NCBI GenBank assembly: GCA_048013815.1
Contig: CM106586.1
Coordinates: 19,530,001 to 19,594,000, forward strand
Direction of reading: 5' to 3'
DNA from: Setoptus koraiensis
Taxonomy: Eukaryota; Animalia; Arthropoda
DNA length: 64,000 nt
The position numbers and the translations under genes are program-made. Below the pieces are notes generated by a model. That model saw only the letters and a list, made by a program, of their open reading frames with translations, ran no database searches and had not been told where the DNA came from. Below, piece after piece: positions 48,001 to 62,677 of this stretch (position 1 is the stretch's first letter; every line of letters starts with the position of its first letter).

Positions 48001-50966
48001 AAGTGTTACTTTGTTCCAACCGGAAGTGGCGCCTGATTTTCGTGTGCGCGCGCGCCACTAACCCCATTGCGATATCCTTGGCGCCATGAGCGTTTAACAT
48101 GAGCGGCCAATGATTGATTCATGGACTCAATCACCAATGGGTGTCGCCCTTGGGTAGCCCTTGGGTAGCCCTAGGGTTAGATTTCATTTTGATTTCGGTC
48201 AGTGCTGTTATAGCCATTGTTCATAAATAAATATTCACGAATGAATATTTATTTATGAATACTTTTGGGGCGATATTCACTATGGGAAAAGCCACTATAA
48301 GCGGATAGTGGCTTGTTGGGCGTATGTAACAATAGAAAAATAACAACCAATTTATACAGGCGCACGCACACTCTCATTTGGGCACCCGATACCCGGGCCG
48401 CACCGGCGAGCTTGCCGGTGATTTGCTAATTTACACGCGACGCGACGCCACACAACCACGCCAGCCAGTTGTGCGCCAGCCCAGGTAATAATAATCTGAT
48501 TGGCTCTGAGACAATCACTGACTCAACTGTTAACCAGATTAAATAACTTAACTAGTTCATTTTTTCATTTAGCCCGGCGCGGGTTTGTTGGCCCGCAGCC
48601 TGGCGGGTGCGCGGCCCCTCACCAGCCAATAGTCGTTTGTCGTCACCTAGCGGGCGCACAATGGCAACAACGGCGCCAACAACGGCGGCAACAACAGCGC
48701 CCGACGATAACGACGACGAGCGTCGTCGTATCAGATGCGATCAGATCAGGCGAGATTAAGTGGGCTCAGGTGAGCTGAGGCGAACTCAGGTGAGATGCAC
48801 CGATTCGAATCGAGGCGATTCCAATTGAATCGAGGGGCGCCATTTGCGATTTGATTCGATTCGGAGCGTCGATGAACGTCAATAATTGTGTGACGTTTTT
48901 TCCTCTTTATCTATTGCTGGTGCGGCGGGCGCCGCTGCCGGTGATGCTGTCGGGCATCATCAGTCATTTCCCATGCTCGTCCACGGCGCAAGCCAGCGAT
49001 ACAACGAAAAGCTTTTTCTTCTGGCGCCCGCTCGCCTCCAACTATCCGCCGTCAGACCCGGCACCGTCAGACCCGGCACCGTCAGACCCGGCACCGTTAG
49101 ACAATGGCTCGGCCCACGCGACACAACAATGGGGGCCCCGTGTGAGGGGCGACAATTCATGCAAGTGCAAAAGTACTTAGATGGCGGCCACCACGGCCAC
49201 CATCAGCATTGGCTGAAATAACGAAATGGTGATTAAATTAGCGCGCGCTCTCCCTCTCTGGCTGGCTGTGGGCCCCACTATCCGGCTAGACACTTACACG
49301 CCAGGCACTCACATTAACTTTCGCTTTGGCGTGTTTGGCGCGTGGAGGCGCATGCCCGCCAGTGCGCGCTGATCTAGTTATTAAATTAACAAGGCCTTGA
49401 GTAGTAATGATTTAATAAGACTCGATAGAGAGCCGGGCGAATTCATTATTTCCGAGTCGCTGGCAAGCGGCGGCCGACTTGTGATTCGGGCGCGCGCCGT
49501 AAGACGAGCATCGCAGATCGCAAAAAGAATCGCCCGAATGGGGCCAACACCATCGACAAAGTGCCAAGTTTTGGCTCGCTGATGAATTGATAAAGACGCC
49601 GGCCCACAAAAGATGCCAAAGACACAAAGAGGCCCCCCCAATCCGTCCAGCGAGCGAGTGATGCGGCCCAGTCCGCAGTCAGTCAGCCCGCAGTGTCGGG
49701 CCCGACGGGACGGTTAGCTGACGAAATCAGTGGTCCATTTAGTGGCGAATTGGGCCAATCGGGCCACTGGTGTTATGACACACCAGTGGCCACTAAAAAA
49801 CCATTGGTCCAATTGGCGCCCGTGCGAGCGCTGTCGAATTCAATTGTGCCAGTTCCGTTGTGTTACGTAACTGTGGCTTGCGCGCAAATGGGGCGCCCAT
49901 CGTTGCGTAATATCTGCGTCTATCTATCTGGCTGGCTGCTGCTACTAACTGCTGCTAGCAACCAACTGTCACCTAGCGGCGGCTCACCTAACACAGTGCG
50001 CGCCGCTGTGCCCATTGAAAGCCAGCCAATACCGACCGGGTTGTCAAGGTCACACCGGCAACAACTTGACAACTGGCAACAACTTGACGCCATCAGCGCA
50101 CTGCTCGCGCGGGCCCGTGCACGGGTAGCGCTTGACGGTATCGAGCGGCGGTATCGGGCAACGGTGCCGAGCGACAGTGTCGAGCAGGGCCGACAATAGG
50201 CTCATTGAGGCACAAAATCAATATATCTCTCTGGCTGGCGCGCGCCGGCGGTTTCCGTTCTCGGCGACGTCTTGCCGGCGAACACAAACACCGCTGAGTG
50301 GCCGCGCGTTTAATAGCGGCCACCGTCAGTCGCCCGACTGACCGGCCCGCTAGTTGGCGGGCAAATACTCAGTTGCGTCATCGTCATCGTCGTTTAATTG
50401 ACACTGTCCCTGTCGCTTGTGCTCGCAATTGCGTCCACCGCTCGTTTGGCCGGCCCGGCCGACATTACGAGTCGAGTAAACACGCGGCCGTACCCGACAC
50501 ATCCATATATCCAGGCAGCCACATGTATGGCTTTAGGTGGCTGCGGAAGGAAGCGACACTTGACTGGATTGATGCGACGCCCGCGCCTCACAACGGCCGG
50601 CCCGGCAGAGAGATAGCCGCGCCGGACAGGCTGACATTGGGCGGCCTGGCAATTGTCGTCGGTCGGCCGGGCCCGCTGGCAGAGCCGTGTTGCCAGATTA
50701 ATAATCCGGCCGCACTGCTGGCGACCGCTGTCGTTGTTAGCGCGCTTATAATCCCCTCAATTGACAATCTTCTCAATCGATAAGTGCGGCGCCTCGGTCG
50801 GACGAGGGGCCCCGATCTCTGACGCGGTCCCTGCCGGCCCAATATCGGCAGCGGCTCGAGTCGAGGCCGCCGATGCTGTCGCTCTGAACTCGCGATTCTC
50901 GCTCGCGTCCGCAAGCTCTCGATGGCTGTTGCACACTCTCGCGCGGGCAGCTGCCCTTCTTTCCGG

Positions 50967-51062
50967 CCGGGCCGCACTTGTATCGCCGGCCGGGCCCCAC
51001 TTGCACCGCCGGCCGGGCCCCACTTGCACCGCCGGCCGGGCCCCACTTGCACCGCCGGCCGG
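50967..51062. repeat. 23-bp GC-rich minisatellite, about 4 copies
   Basis: (CCGGGCCCCACTTGCACCGCCGG)n. Confidence 0.8.
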
Positions 51063-54000
51063 CCAGCGGCAACATTCAGCCAGTGGCCAGACAGCCAGCG
51101 GCGGGAGAATGGGCGCTTTCTTTGTTGCCGCAATTGTGCCGGGCCGGCGGGCTGGCACCCGCGCTTCGATTATTCCGATCCGTCCATTGTTGTCGGTGTC
51201 GATGTTGTTGCATTGTTGGTGGCATCAACCGGCCGCATCAGCGCCACTTTCATTACTGTCAACTGTTGTCGTCTAATTTTCGATCCATCTTGGCGGCCCG
51301 GCGATGGCGGCCCCCGAACGACGACGGCAAACACCAAAACAATGACAGCGGTTGTCATTGTTTTGAGTCGCCGACTCTCTGCGGGCCGGCCGTCGGGCCG
51401 CAGCCACTCACAAGTCAGCTAGCTGCAGCGGCCCGTCGGCCAGAGTTGGCCGGGGTGTGACGCAACCACTCGACGGACACGACTATTGAGTTAGTGTTAT
51501 TATTTCGCTCATTTCCACTGACGTTTCTCGTCGTGTCTCGGCCGACACAATTGTGTTGATGTATGCAAAATTGCGCGCCGAGCCGGCCAGTCATTGGCTG
51601 TCATCGTTGTTGTTGATTTGATTTGCAATTGATTGCGCCACCGCCAACATCGGCATTACGGCCAGCATTACGCAATATATTGGGCGCCAGCATTACGCAA
51701 TATTGGGCGCCTATTATGGCGCATAAACATTGCGTAACATTGGCATCGGCATTGGCGCGCATCATGGCGTCATTCAAAACATGCTGCAATGAGTACGTGA
51801 TTGGGCCCCAGCATGATGATTGCTCGATGGTCGGCATGATAATCCGTTTCTCTCTGACACATCGCGCACACATCGATGTGAATATCGATCGCCAGCGGCC
51901 AGCGCCACCGCGGTGGCGGCGGACGGAACCGGCATTAGACAAACAATGCTATTACCGGCCTGATAGAATGGTCGTTGCGTCCGGCAATCACGGCCAAAAC
52001 AAGTGCGCGCCACCGGCCCAAGGGCGGCCTCCAGCCGGCTCAGCTCGGGCGCCCCCGCATGCATCTATTCATAGCATGATCTCGGCGCGGTCTCGGCGCG
52101 GTCTCGGCGCGGTTGCAGCGGCCGAGCGCCCGATCGGGCCAAGCCAGCCGCTAATGTTACACCGAGCTGCGGGTATACCGTGCCTGAGCTAGGTATTCGA
52201 GGTGCCAAAACGGTGGTTAGTGCGTGTGTGTTTAGTTTGATCCGTAGTTTGGTTAGGCGAGCAAATATTTGTAGTTTGGGCACGTCTGGCCGGCTGTTTG
52301 GCCGCTGCTGGGCCCGCTGTCCGCGAGGCCGCTGTCAGTGTCGCGGGCCGCCAGCAACAACAGTCAATATGGCGTGGCGGCCAATTGACCCCAAACAACC
52401 GCTCGACTTGAGATGTGTGTGCGTTCGAGATGCGGCGGCGGCCGCCGCCGCCAGCGAAACCACCGGCCAGCCAGAGAACCGGCCAGCGAAGAACCGGCCA
52501 GCGAAGAACCGGCCAGCGAAAAACCGGCCAGCGAGGGCGACCGGGCGGCCCGCGCAGAAAATGCGAAGAATCTGCAGAGAAAATGCTCGCCACTCTGACA
52601 GAGTGACTCTATGGCGCGCCCGCCCTCCGCCGTCAGCTAGGTCGCCCTCGGTCGGTGATGTCAGCGCAGCGTGTGACTGGGCTGCGGTCGTAATTGTTGT
52701 GGCCGGCGGCCCGGCCTGTCGCTGCCAGTGTTCGCTGCGGGCGCTGTCGCGCCCGTTCGACCAAGCCACGCGATCGGGATGCCGCGGCCGCTCGAACAGC
52801 CGCGAGATCGGACAGCCGCGAGATCAGACGGCCGCGAGATCAGACGGCCCCGAGATCGGATGGCCGCGAGATCGGATGGCCGCGAGATCGAGCCGCGCCC
52901 GTCGACGGGCACTCAGCGGCACATCCGGCGCCCGTTGACGCTCGATGGCGGCCGCTCGCCACGCGTCAGGCCAAGGTGGAAAAATTTGAATTGAATTGCG
53001 AGCCAAGGAATTTGTTTTGTGCTCGATTTGCAAAATTAGGCCAAGTGTCAGACACACAAACGCACATTATTGGCCCCTATTCTGCCTGCACAACTGTAGT
53101 GGTGCACGGATGAACGAGTTGCACGTAGCGCGCACTCCACGTACCCGCAGCGGACACGTTCTCGCTGGCCGGGCCCGCCAAGACGCTCGCCGCCGATCGT
53201 GTGGGCGCGCAAATGTTTCTTTGCTCGTTGTTTGTTGGCACTTTCTGTTGAGCCTGATCTCGCCGGCTCGGCGCGCCAGTCGGGCCAACGGTTTCGGCCG
53301 CTCATTAGCGGCTCATTGGGCCGTCGTGACGAGATTTGAGCGGCCGGCGCGTCGGCAGCGCCCCGCAAACAGGTTGTCGGGTCGCTTTTGCCGCTAGCGG
53401 CCACCGCCGGCACGCCGCTGGCTCGTGCGGCCGGCATGGCCATGTCCGCCCGTTATTCGCAATTAAAGAGTGTGTGTTAGTTAGCCGCCTAAAATGCCCA
53501 AGAGCCCAAAATGCCCAAAATGCCCAAAGTGCGCTCCTGATTTTCGCGGCGAGCGTGACGCAATCGGCTGGCAGTGTGCCAATTGAACTCGTTGCGAGCT
53601 GTCAATTGGCGCCCAGTCCGCTAGACTGCGGCCCGCATTACCGACAAGTAGCTTGGCCGTGGCAGGCTCGCAGTTCGCCCTGAACGAGGGCGCCCTTGGA
53701 GTGTGTGTCACTCACTCACTTCCGGTCGCTCCGAGGCGCGCATTGTGAGCGCGGTGGTCGTTTCGTTTTTTATTATTTTATATTTTATCTCTTTTTTGTG
53801 TTGTGTGTTTGTGTACGCGACAGAGAAAATATTTTCTTGATGCACCCAACGAAACGAAATCACATCGCCGCTCGGCTGACAACAACGCTCTCGCTTCGGG
53901 CCGAACCCATGCCAACCAGTAGTTGGCAACAACAGCAAATGCGCCGCCAACCAGAGCCCGGCGGAACAGCAATAGACAACGCGCTCGTGTTGTCTCACCT

Positions 54001-55160
54001 GTCCAACAACTTCCGCACACACACACACACACTCATGTATTGTAGCATGTTGTTGATGACGCAATGCAAACAAATATCGCGCAAATATCGCAACTAAAGC
54101 GGATGACTACAGCGATGAACAGTATTAGCAGTAGAGGTAGTCGAACCAGTTTGCGCAAGACAACGAGCCAAATGTAACCCGGCCAACGCGGACAAAAGTG
54201 ATTCAAATTTGCAAACAACGCCGACGGATATTTTATGATATCTGTCTCTGGCTGTCGGTCGTGTCGCCCGTGTCGCAACAATAATGCACTCCCCTGTATC
54301 TCCCCTGTAACTCACCTGTAACCGTGCCCAGCCGTGTCCCGTGACCGGCTGTCTGGCTGCTGTGGGGCCCGCGTGTCTGCGCTGCTCGCTTCGCGTATCG
54401 TTCGGGCCGGATCGTGTCAGCGCGCCGGCGACGGGCGACACGGGCTCGTATGATACGTGTGCATTTTAATAACAGGTAATGGGTCGCTCGGTCGTCGTCG
54501 AATGGGTCGCTCGGTCGTCGGCGTCTTCTTCTTTCTCCGCACTCAATTGCAAATGCATGCAAAGCGCGTTACGTAACCAGTGCCGCTCGTTGTGTGCCGC
54601 TCGTTGCGAGCCCTTGTCGCCGTTAGCTAGCAACATATGCCGCCGCCGGCGCGCCACTAAATAAAAATGTTTCGCTAAATATGTGTCTGGCAATATGTGT
54701 ATTTATTAGAATAGGCGGCCACTGTATCGTTGGGGCCCCGTTTCGTGTCTATGGGGCCCCGTTTAGCGCACTGTATGCACACTGTAAACACAGTTATATC
54801 AGGTTATGTATGACCAAGTTGCGTGTTTTCTCCATCTGTGTTGTTACCCGACTCGCTCCCGACTCCCGTCCACTCCTGTGGGCCGCTTGCGCCGGGCCGG
54901 GCCGGGCCAGCCCGGCCCGGTGCCGCCCGAAATTCACCTGGGCGCGGCGGCCCGAACGTCGCTTTGGCGCAACGGGCCGGCTGGCTCACTGGCGGCAAAA
55001 CAGCGACGCACAATGGGCCGACATTTGGCGACAAGTCAGCTCGTGGCAACAGCAATAACAGTTGTAATATCATAATGGCAACAGCGATATTAGTTGCAAT
55101 GATCATAATGATCGACACGATGGCGCAAGCGTATAGGTGCGCTCGCACGCACACGCACGC

Positions 55161-55191
<31 letters not shown>

Positions 55192-58100
55192 ACGAAACAT
55201 TTTTCAAATATATGCAAATTTGTTTGCAAATGTTGCCAAAACATGCAAATGGCAACTGCGTGTGCGTCTCGCCAGGTAATGGTAATCATTTTAAATTACT
55301 ACAACTTTAATATTTCGCCAGTTGCTGCAGCCAACACCAAAATGAAAACAACTGTCGCGGGCCCGGCGATGCGGGGGCCCGCGACACACGCGCCCGAGCA
55401 CCACTGATGCGCTGCATTAGCGCCTCTCGACAGGTGAATATTAAACCGCTACCTGTTTAGTGATGCCACTGTCTTGTCAGCGGCGCCCGGCTGGGCGCCG
55501 AGCGTACCGCGCCGCGCGCAAAAGGTCGCCTGATGGGCCACGCCAGGCGTGTCGCCGTTTCGGGTAGCGCGCCCTCCGAGCCGGCCCGTCGCGCCGCTCC
55601 ATCCGAGCCGACCCGTTGCGCCGCTCCACTCGAGGCGGCACGGACGGTCGGCACGCTCTCGCCCTGTGTCGCATTTACATTTATTAGCGTCTGCAGCCAC
55701 GGGCTCGAGTTATTCATAAATTCTCTCTGTCCGTCTATTTTTGTCGCTCGTTAATTAATCGCGCTCGTCGGGCGCGCTCTTGGCGCCGTTGTCGTGCGTG
55801 TCGGAACAGGCCGCCGAAGCCCGCGCAATCATGGCGAATATTGTCGAAATGAAAAGTGTCGCGCACTGAAAAAAAAAGGGGCGCATTTAGGTGTTTTTTG
55901 TGTCTCAGTGAACAGTGTCCGGCCTTGTTGCGAACGGGCCCACTTTCCGGTGGCGTTTCATAAATTTGCATGGCGCTGCAAATTGTTGTTGCCATTTAGG
56001 CGATGCCAGGCGGTGTTCGGGCCGCATATATTCGCAACGGGCCCCGTGTTAGAGGCCGAGCGGGGCGAAATGAAAGAAAAAAAAAGTTGTCTCTATGCAC
56101 CGACTGGCAAGCGAGCGAGGCCCGTTCGTCTCCGACGAGCTGGCAGCGTTTCGAAATCGATCAATTAAAACACCTAGCCAAGGTTAGGTGTGCGTGTGTG
56201 TCGGAATACAAACCGTGATATGAACACCGGCGCCGGCCGCTAGATGGCCAAATGGCCAACGACAAATTTGGCCGTCGTGTGGCCGTTGTCAGCAAAGCTC
56301 GAACGATTTGGTCGACGGGTCAACTTGCCGGCAACAACGGTTATCGCATCATTACAGAGATGACAGTTACGTCGATATTGTTGCCACTGGCGCGCCCGGT
56401 CGCTGGCCGCAGACTGTCGCCACCTTGGCGCCCCAAAGCCGATGACGGTCGTGTGTTCTGGCGTGTCCGTTTGCTCGCGTCTTGTGGACGGCATCTCGTA
56501 GACGGCATTTTGCGGACGGGGGCGCCAGACTGGCGAACGCGGGCCCCAAGTAGCGCGGCCAGAAAGTGGCTAATCAAAATTGATGCGCAGTCACGGGTGT
56601 GCGTGTGCCAGATTGTGCTCGTTTGTGGGGCGAGCAAAAGTGTCGCAAAACGCGAAACGACCCATTGCAACTGTTGTCAAAATGACGCAACAGTCTAGCC
56701 AGCATTTGTACTGCATGGTTGAGTGACTTTTGCTTATGCGTGTCCGCGATAAATAACGTGCTCACACTAACTTGTGAGCGCCGCTCGTTCGCAACTATGT
56801 CACAGTTGCCGAGAATGGGCGCGCAATGAATTAAGCGCCCCATATTTCGCGCGTAGTTCGTGTTCGCGGCCGCCGGAGATTCGTGTGCAATTTGGTTCGG
56901 TGCCACGCGATAGGCTCATGGCCGATATTTGCCGATATGTGCCGATACGCGCCGATGTGCGCCGATATGTGCCGATATGCGCCGGTACGAGCCGAAACGT
57001 GTCGCTATGTGCCCCCGTGTGTGTGTGCCCCGCCGAATTGGCACAGACCCCAAATATGCAAATGCGGGCCGTGCTTTTCAAAGTCGTGCGCCACCCGTTG
57101 ATACCCGACGTTACGCGACATACGGGCGTCGCGCAAAGAACTGAATGCAATGAACTTGCCCGGCGCACCATGTTCATTTGGGCGCGCGACCGAAACCGCT
57201 TATTGCCTCGCGATCGGTCTCAATCGGCTCCGGTGGGCGCCTGTGAGCGCCGGTCAGTGCGCTAAGTTTATTTGCTTTGTGGGGCCCGCCGGCCGAGGGC
57301 AATCGATAACGGCAAAAAGCGGGTGTGGTCAGCTTGTTGTGGTCAGCAGAGTTGCGTGCCGTTGTCGTTTGTCGCCGCTGTCGTTGGTGGCCGCTGTGTG
57401 GAGGCACCACTAATGCACTTGTGCCCGCCACCGGCACGACGATTAATCAATAACCGCTACCACGGTATTACCACGTGATACCGTTAGAACAATGGTCGCG
57501 CGTGGCGGACAGTTGACTCGTGAATATTGATTGTTTGTGTGCTCGCTGCCCCCGTGCATATCCGGTCAGTGGCGCCGCTCGTGCCGCTGGCCGCCTGCTG
57601 GCTGGGTATCAATGGCGGCACCATTGATACCCAGCCAGCGGGCCAACAAGCCGGGCATCACTACGGGCCGGCAATAAACTCGCTGCGTGCCGCCAGCACG
57701 CCGATCAACTCACAATGGGGCCGTGACACAATGCGCGGCTCACATATCTGACACAAATCAGGCCAGCCAATTGCGGGTCGGGCGTAAGTGCAGGTGCCGA
57801 TATATGTTACATGGACAAACAGGCCACCATAACAAGTTGTTGTTGTTGTTGTTGCCGCTGTTGTTGCGCTTGTTTGCCTCGATGTTTGCGGGCCCCAATG
57901 AGCGTGCGTGTGCCATCCACACAAATTGCAATATTTGCGTTTGTTGCGCATGTGCCGGGCACAACATCAAGTGGTTGTGTGGCGCTTTATTTATATATTG
58001 CTCAGATTGACATTTGCTGGTATTGCACCGCTGGTTGCACCACTAATGAATTGGCTAGCCAGTGGGCGGCGGCACAGTGGCCGTTTGTGTGCCTCGGCTG

Positions 58101-60194
58101 TGCCTGACCAGGTTGCTGTTGTGTGATATGAGCGCGATATGAGTTGGCGACTTTGTGGCAAATCTGTGTGCGCGAATGAGTGAGTGCGCAAAAGTCGCTA
58201 TGTGTCGCGCCATCTTTGCCAGTGCGCGCGCGCGCGCGCGTTTTATCAACTGTGCAGCGCGTTTATGACATGTGCGTATATACTGCACTTATTAGGTGTA
58301 CGCTGTGCACACGTATCACGGTGACATCTCTAGCTGATACTCCGGTGAGCCGATACTGACAATGCCGACAAGCACCCATGATGCTGGTAATAATAGTAAT
58401 AGTAATAGCGGCGATAGTAATAATAGTGATAGTAATAACAGCAATAACAGTAATAATAATAGTAATAGTAATAATAATAACAGCGGCAATAACACAACAG
58501 TGAGTGATGATGATGTATGTGTGAGAATATAGAGCCAGCCAGCCAGCGAGAGTGTGTGTAAATGATGAGGCGACGCCTTCGAGACACGCCGAGCCAGATG
58601 CGTCAAGCCAATTGCGTCGAGCTAGAGGTGCCGAGCCGGACCGGTGGCGGGCTCGGGCTTGGGCGTGCGAGGCCCACAAGTGAGCGAAAAGCGCAGAGAG
58701 GCGCATAGCGGCGGTTGAGGGAGGCGCATAGCGACGCGTAGGGGGCGCGCGTTGAAGCGAATAACGGCCCAGTGGCGACTGGCAACGGAAGAAATAGATC
58801 ATTGTGTGATCGTTGCGTTACCTCATCCATCAATGCAATTCACTATTTATTTTCACTCTATCTCTCTCTCTCTCTCGCTCTCTGTAATACTAGATGAGAT
58901 AGGCAGCGGCCCGGCGAGTTATCTCCGACAAACACACTATTAGACACTTTGGTGTGGGCGACTAAACGCAAACTAGACAACGCTAACTGCTATTAATTTC
59001 TCCATCTCTCGCTCGCTCTGTTTATGCGCTGTTTATATGCCGGCGTTTGTTTGCCAGTCAGTCACTTGCTGCCTATGCAGTCGGCCGCGACGTTGCAAGT
59101 AAGCGCGTCAGCGTCGTTTAAATCCTAATTTCAATCCACGACGACGAAGGCTAACTAACTGGCGCGCAAAAACCGCTGCCGAGCCAGCTATCGGGCAGGC
59201 ATGTTGTCGTTGGCATTGTCGTGTTCGCCTCTATTGACAGCCACTAATGTTTATATAAAGATATCATCTCGCTGGATCCAGCGCCAAACAATGACACGCT
59301 ACGGCGAGGCAATCTGATACCGTCGGCGTGTTCGCGACACGGATAATGTTCGCCCTCTCTCACTCACGCTTTTCGTCGGCAAACGGGGCATTTTAAACTG
59401 GAAACTGTGCGCGCACTCGCTTTTTTCCGAGCCACCGAAACTCTCCGAATTTTTCACATGACAATTGTTGTCTTTCGCCGTTGTTGTGAGCGTTGTACTC
59501 GCCGTTGTTGTTGACAAAAAACATCTGCCTCAACACTCGAAACAATTTTCAATCAATCGAAATGGGGGGCGCCGCTGTCGCACTTGAGATTCCATCAAAT
59601 CAGGTCGTCGCACTCACAACTTGCCCTTTTTCACAGCACCGGTCGCCCCGAAAATGGCTGACAATTGGCACAATCGACGGCCGTCGACAGGCGGAAGTGG
59701 TCGCCATCCATCAAGCACCGCGTGGCGAGAGCGTGTGAGTTTGCCGCGTGTAGACCTGGGCCCCAATGGCGATTTTCGCCATTGTTGGGGCCGCGAAATT
59801 GAATTGAAAATCAAAATTTCCGATCGAATATTTCGGACACTCCATCTGTGGACGGGCCTTGTTAGCGGACTTGTTTTCGGCATTTTTCTCGACGGCATCT
59901 GCAAATCTAGCCAGTTACCAGTGATGTCGACTATTCTGAAATTGTTCGAAACGACCTGTTCCTTGTGAGTGAAAAAATTTCGTTTGCCCAATCTCGGCGG
60001 AAATTTTTTTCTTTCTAAGAAAAAAAGTGTGATCTCTCCATATTGAAACATGCCCTCTTCTGGATGGCGGCTGCAAGAGCAATCATGTGCTCTGTATCAT
60101 ACAAGTTGTATGTGGCGGTGAATTTTCGCATCACTCAGCGTCGCATTTTTTCGTCGTTCGGCTATTTTTCGGTCGGCGATCACTCGTCGAAAAT

Positions 60195-60285
60195 CCCGAA
60201 TTTCCCACACTGAACAGCCGAAATTTCGCACTGAACATCCGAATTTCTCACACTGAACGACCGAGTTTCCGACACTGAACATAAC
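60195..60285. repeat. Degenerate tandem repeat of about 21 bp, about 4 copies
   Basis: CGAATTTCCCACACTGAACA-like units. Confidence 0.6.
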
Positions 60286-62677
60286 CGATTGTCACTCGAA
60301 ACACCCTCGCCGACGATAGCCGATCAGGTGTGTCAACTGTTGAGACAATCACACCCACGCAATCACTGTTGCATCGAATTCGGATGGATCCCACCAATAG
60401 CAGGCCGTTCGTTTGTGCAACTAGCAATTTGTGCCCCGAAACAGCCGGTGTGCTTGTTGTACATTGTGTATCACGCTAACAGCCATGAATAACTTGCTGG
60501 ACTTTTTATCGCATAATAATTTTGCATTAATGTTGTCGCTCGCTGACAATCACCAAGTGATCATTTCGCGCAACACAGTTACGCAAGCGCCAGCCCAAAG
60601 ATAGATATAGAGCAAAGAGAAAGCAATTACATTTAGATGATCAATGGTCTCGTGGAGGCGCTCTTTTGTTTGCTGTGGTTTGTAGTGGGGCACGACGAAA
60701 TTATTCTGTTGTATGCAAATCAACGCGAAATATTAATATCTGTCATGGCATCACACTGTGTGTGTGTGTATATATATATTATTATCTCATTCATTCATGA
60801 AATATATTGGGTTTGTTGGTAGTGGCGCTCGATATTAGTTTGTACGTGTGTGTGTGTGCGCTCAATCGAGCGTTATCTTGACTCTCCTCGAGCTGGGGCC
60901 ACTCGAGCCAGCGAGGGGGAGTGTACCATTTATGGGGGGCACTATTTAGCGGGCGGCACAAGTTAGCGACCGGGTTGCAAACGAGCAAACAAAGTAAATG
61001 ATCTGCAACCAAGTGACCATTAATTTGATAAAATAGATAAATAAAACAGAGGAAAAAACAAACCAAACGACAACTTTTTCGCCGTTTCGCCGTTTCGCCA
61101 TTTCGCCGTTTCGGCTCGCTCGATAGTCTGTCAATTGAATGATAATTATCCCAAACGACCTCGCCCAATTGTAACGGCTTGTAGCCGCCGCTGTGACAGC
61201 TGTGAGCGGTGCCGGGCCGGCCGCGAACGCAGTCAAATTGCGGGGCACGAGATTAAAATCTTGCGGCCGGGATACACGAAACGCTGTGTCGCATTCGTTG
61301 AAAATCTTGCGATGCGTAAGAGTATTCGCTGCAAACAATTAATCATATCCACTCTGTAACGTGCGTTGGCTTAACTTGACTGTTTAGCTGGCCCCAACGA
61401 CAACAGCGACATCTAACCGATTTCTTATGTTCCGCTCTGACAAACTATACTGATCACTGTAGGTACAAGTGGCGGCCCGTTGTGTGCGATATCGGCAGCA
61501 GCAGCAGCAACCGCAACAAATGTCAAGCTCCGGCTCAATTTAAACATATGGTCAGTTGTTGGCGTAATTGGCGCCCCATAAATGATTAATTAATATTGTT
61601 ATTAATTTGGCGGATGACAAAGGCAGTGCGGGCGACTTTAGTTGGACACACTCACTTTATTTGTATACACAGTGCACAGTGAATTTGTACGTCGGCTTGC
61701 ATCATTACGTAACAATACAAACATTTTGGCCGCCAGCAGTGATTGCGCGCACTCGCCGGGTATTTGGGCATACACACACACACACATACAAAGTTGCACA
61801 AAGTTGCACAAGTTGGCACAAAAGCTCCAGTTGTGCGCTGTCGCCGGGGGTATACCTGACAAGCTAATAATACCCCAAAGTGGGGCCAGCCAAAGGACAA
61901 AGGCGAGCGGCCACTGGTGGCCCGTGGATATCGATGGGCCAGTAGCCACTGGTAGCCGGCAAGCGAGCTAGTGAGCGCAGTTAGCGGCCTGACAGGCTGG
62001 CCACTCGTGAGTGGCAACATCAGCGCTAAAGTGTGTGCCAATTCACCTGTAAAGTGTGTAAAAAGTTAGCCAGCCAGGCAGGCAGGCGAGCGAGTTGAAT
62101 AGCATTGTTGTCGTGCAATATTGGCAGTGGCAGCGGCAGTGGCAATAACAACAACAGCAGCAGCGACAACAATAGCAACAACAACAACAACTATAATAAT
62201 AGTAATAATAACAAACAGACAGATAACTGTTTCGCTTTATATTTGCGTTGTTTGCGCGCGCATGTGAGTTACGCATCGTTCTGGGCTACCGTTATGCGTT
62301 GTTGGGCGCCCAACCAGCGCCAACAGCAACAGCAGCAACAACAACAACAACAGCAACAGCACAGGCGACTACAATAACGGCAACAGCAGCGCCAGCGACA
62401 ACAACAGTGCCAACAACAACAGCGCCAACAACAACAGAAAAAACAGCATCGACTCGTGAATAACCTAATAGCTGCCGTGCCACACAATTTACGTAACGCG
62501 GGGCAAGCTCGCTGGTGCCAGCTTGCCAGTGCCAGGCAAACTCACCGCTAGGCGTCGGCTATTGGTTTGAGTGGCGACAGTGGCCAGCGCGCCAGCAAAG
62601 CGGGCGCTCGCAATCGTGGTTGCAAAGGTGGTCGCAAAGGCTAGTGGCGATGGTGAGGGTGAAACATAGAGACAATA

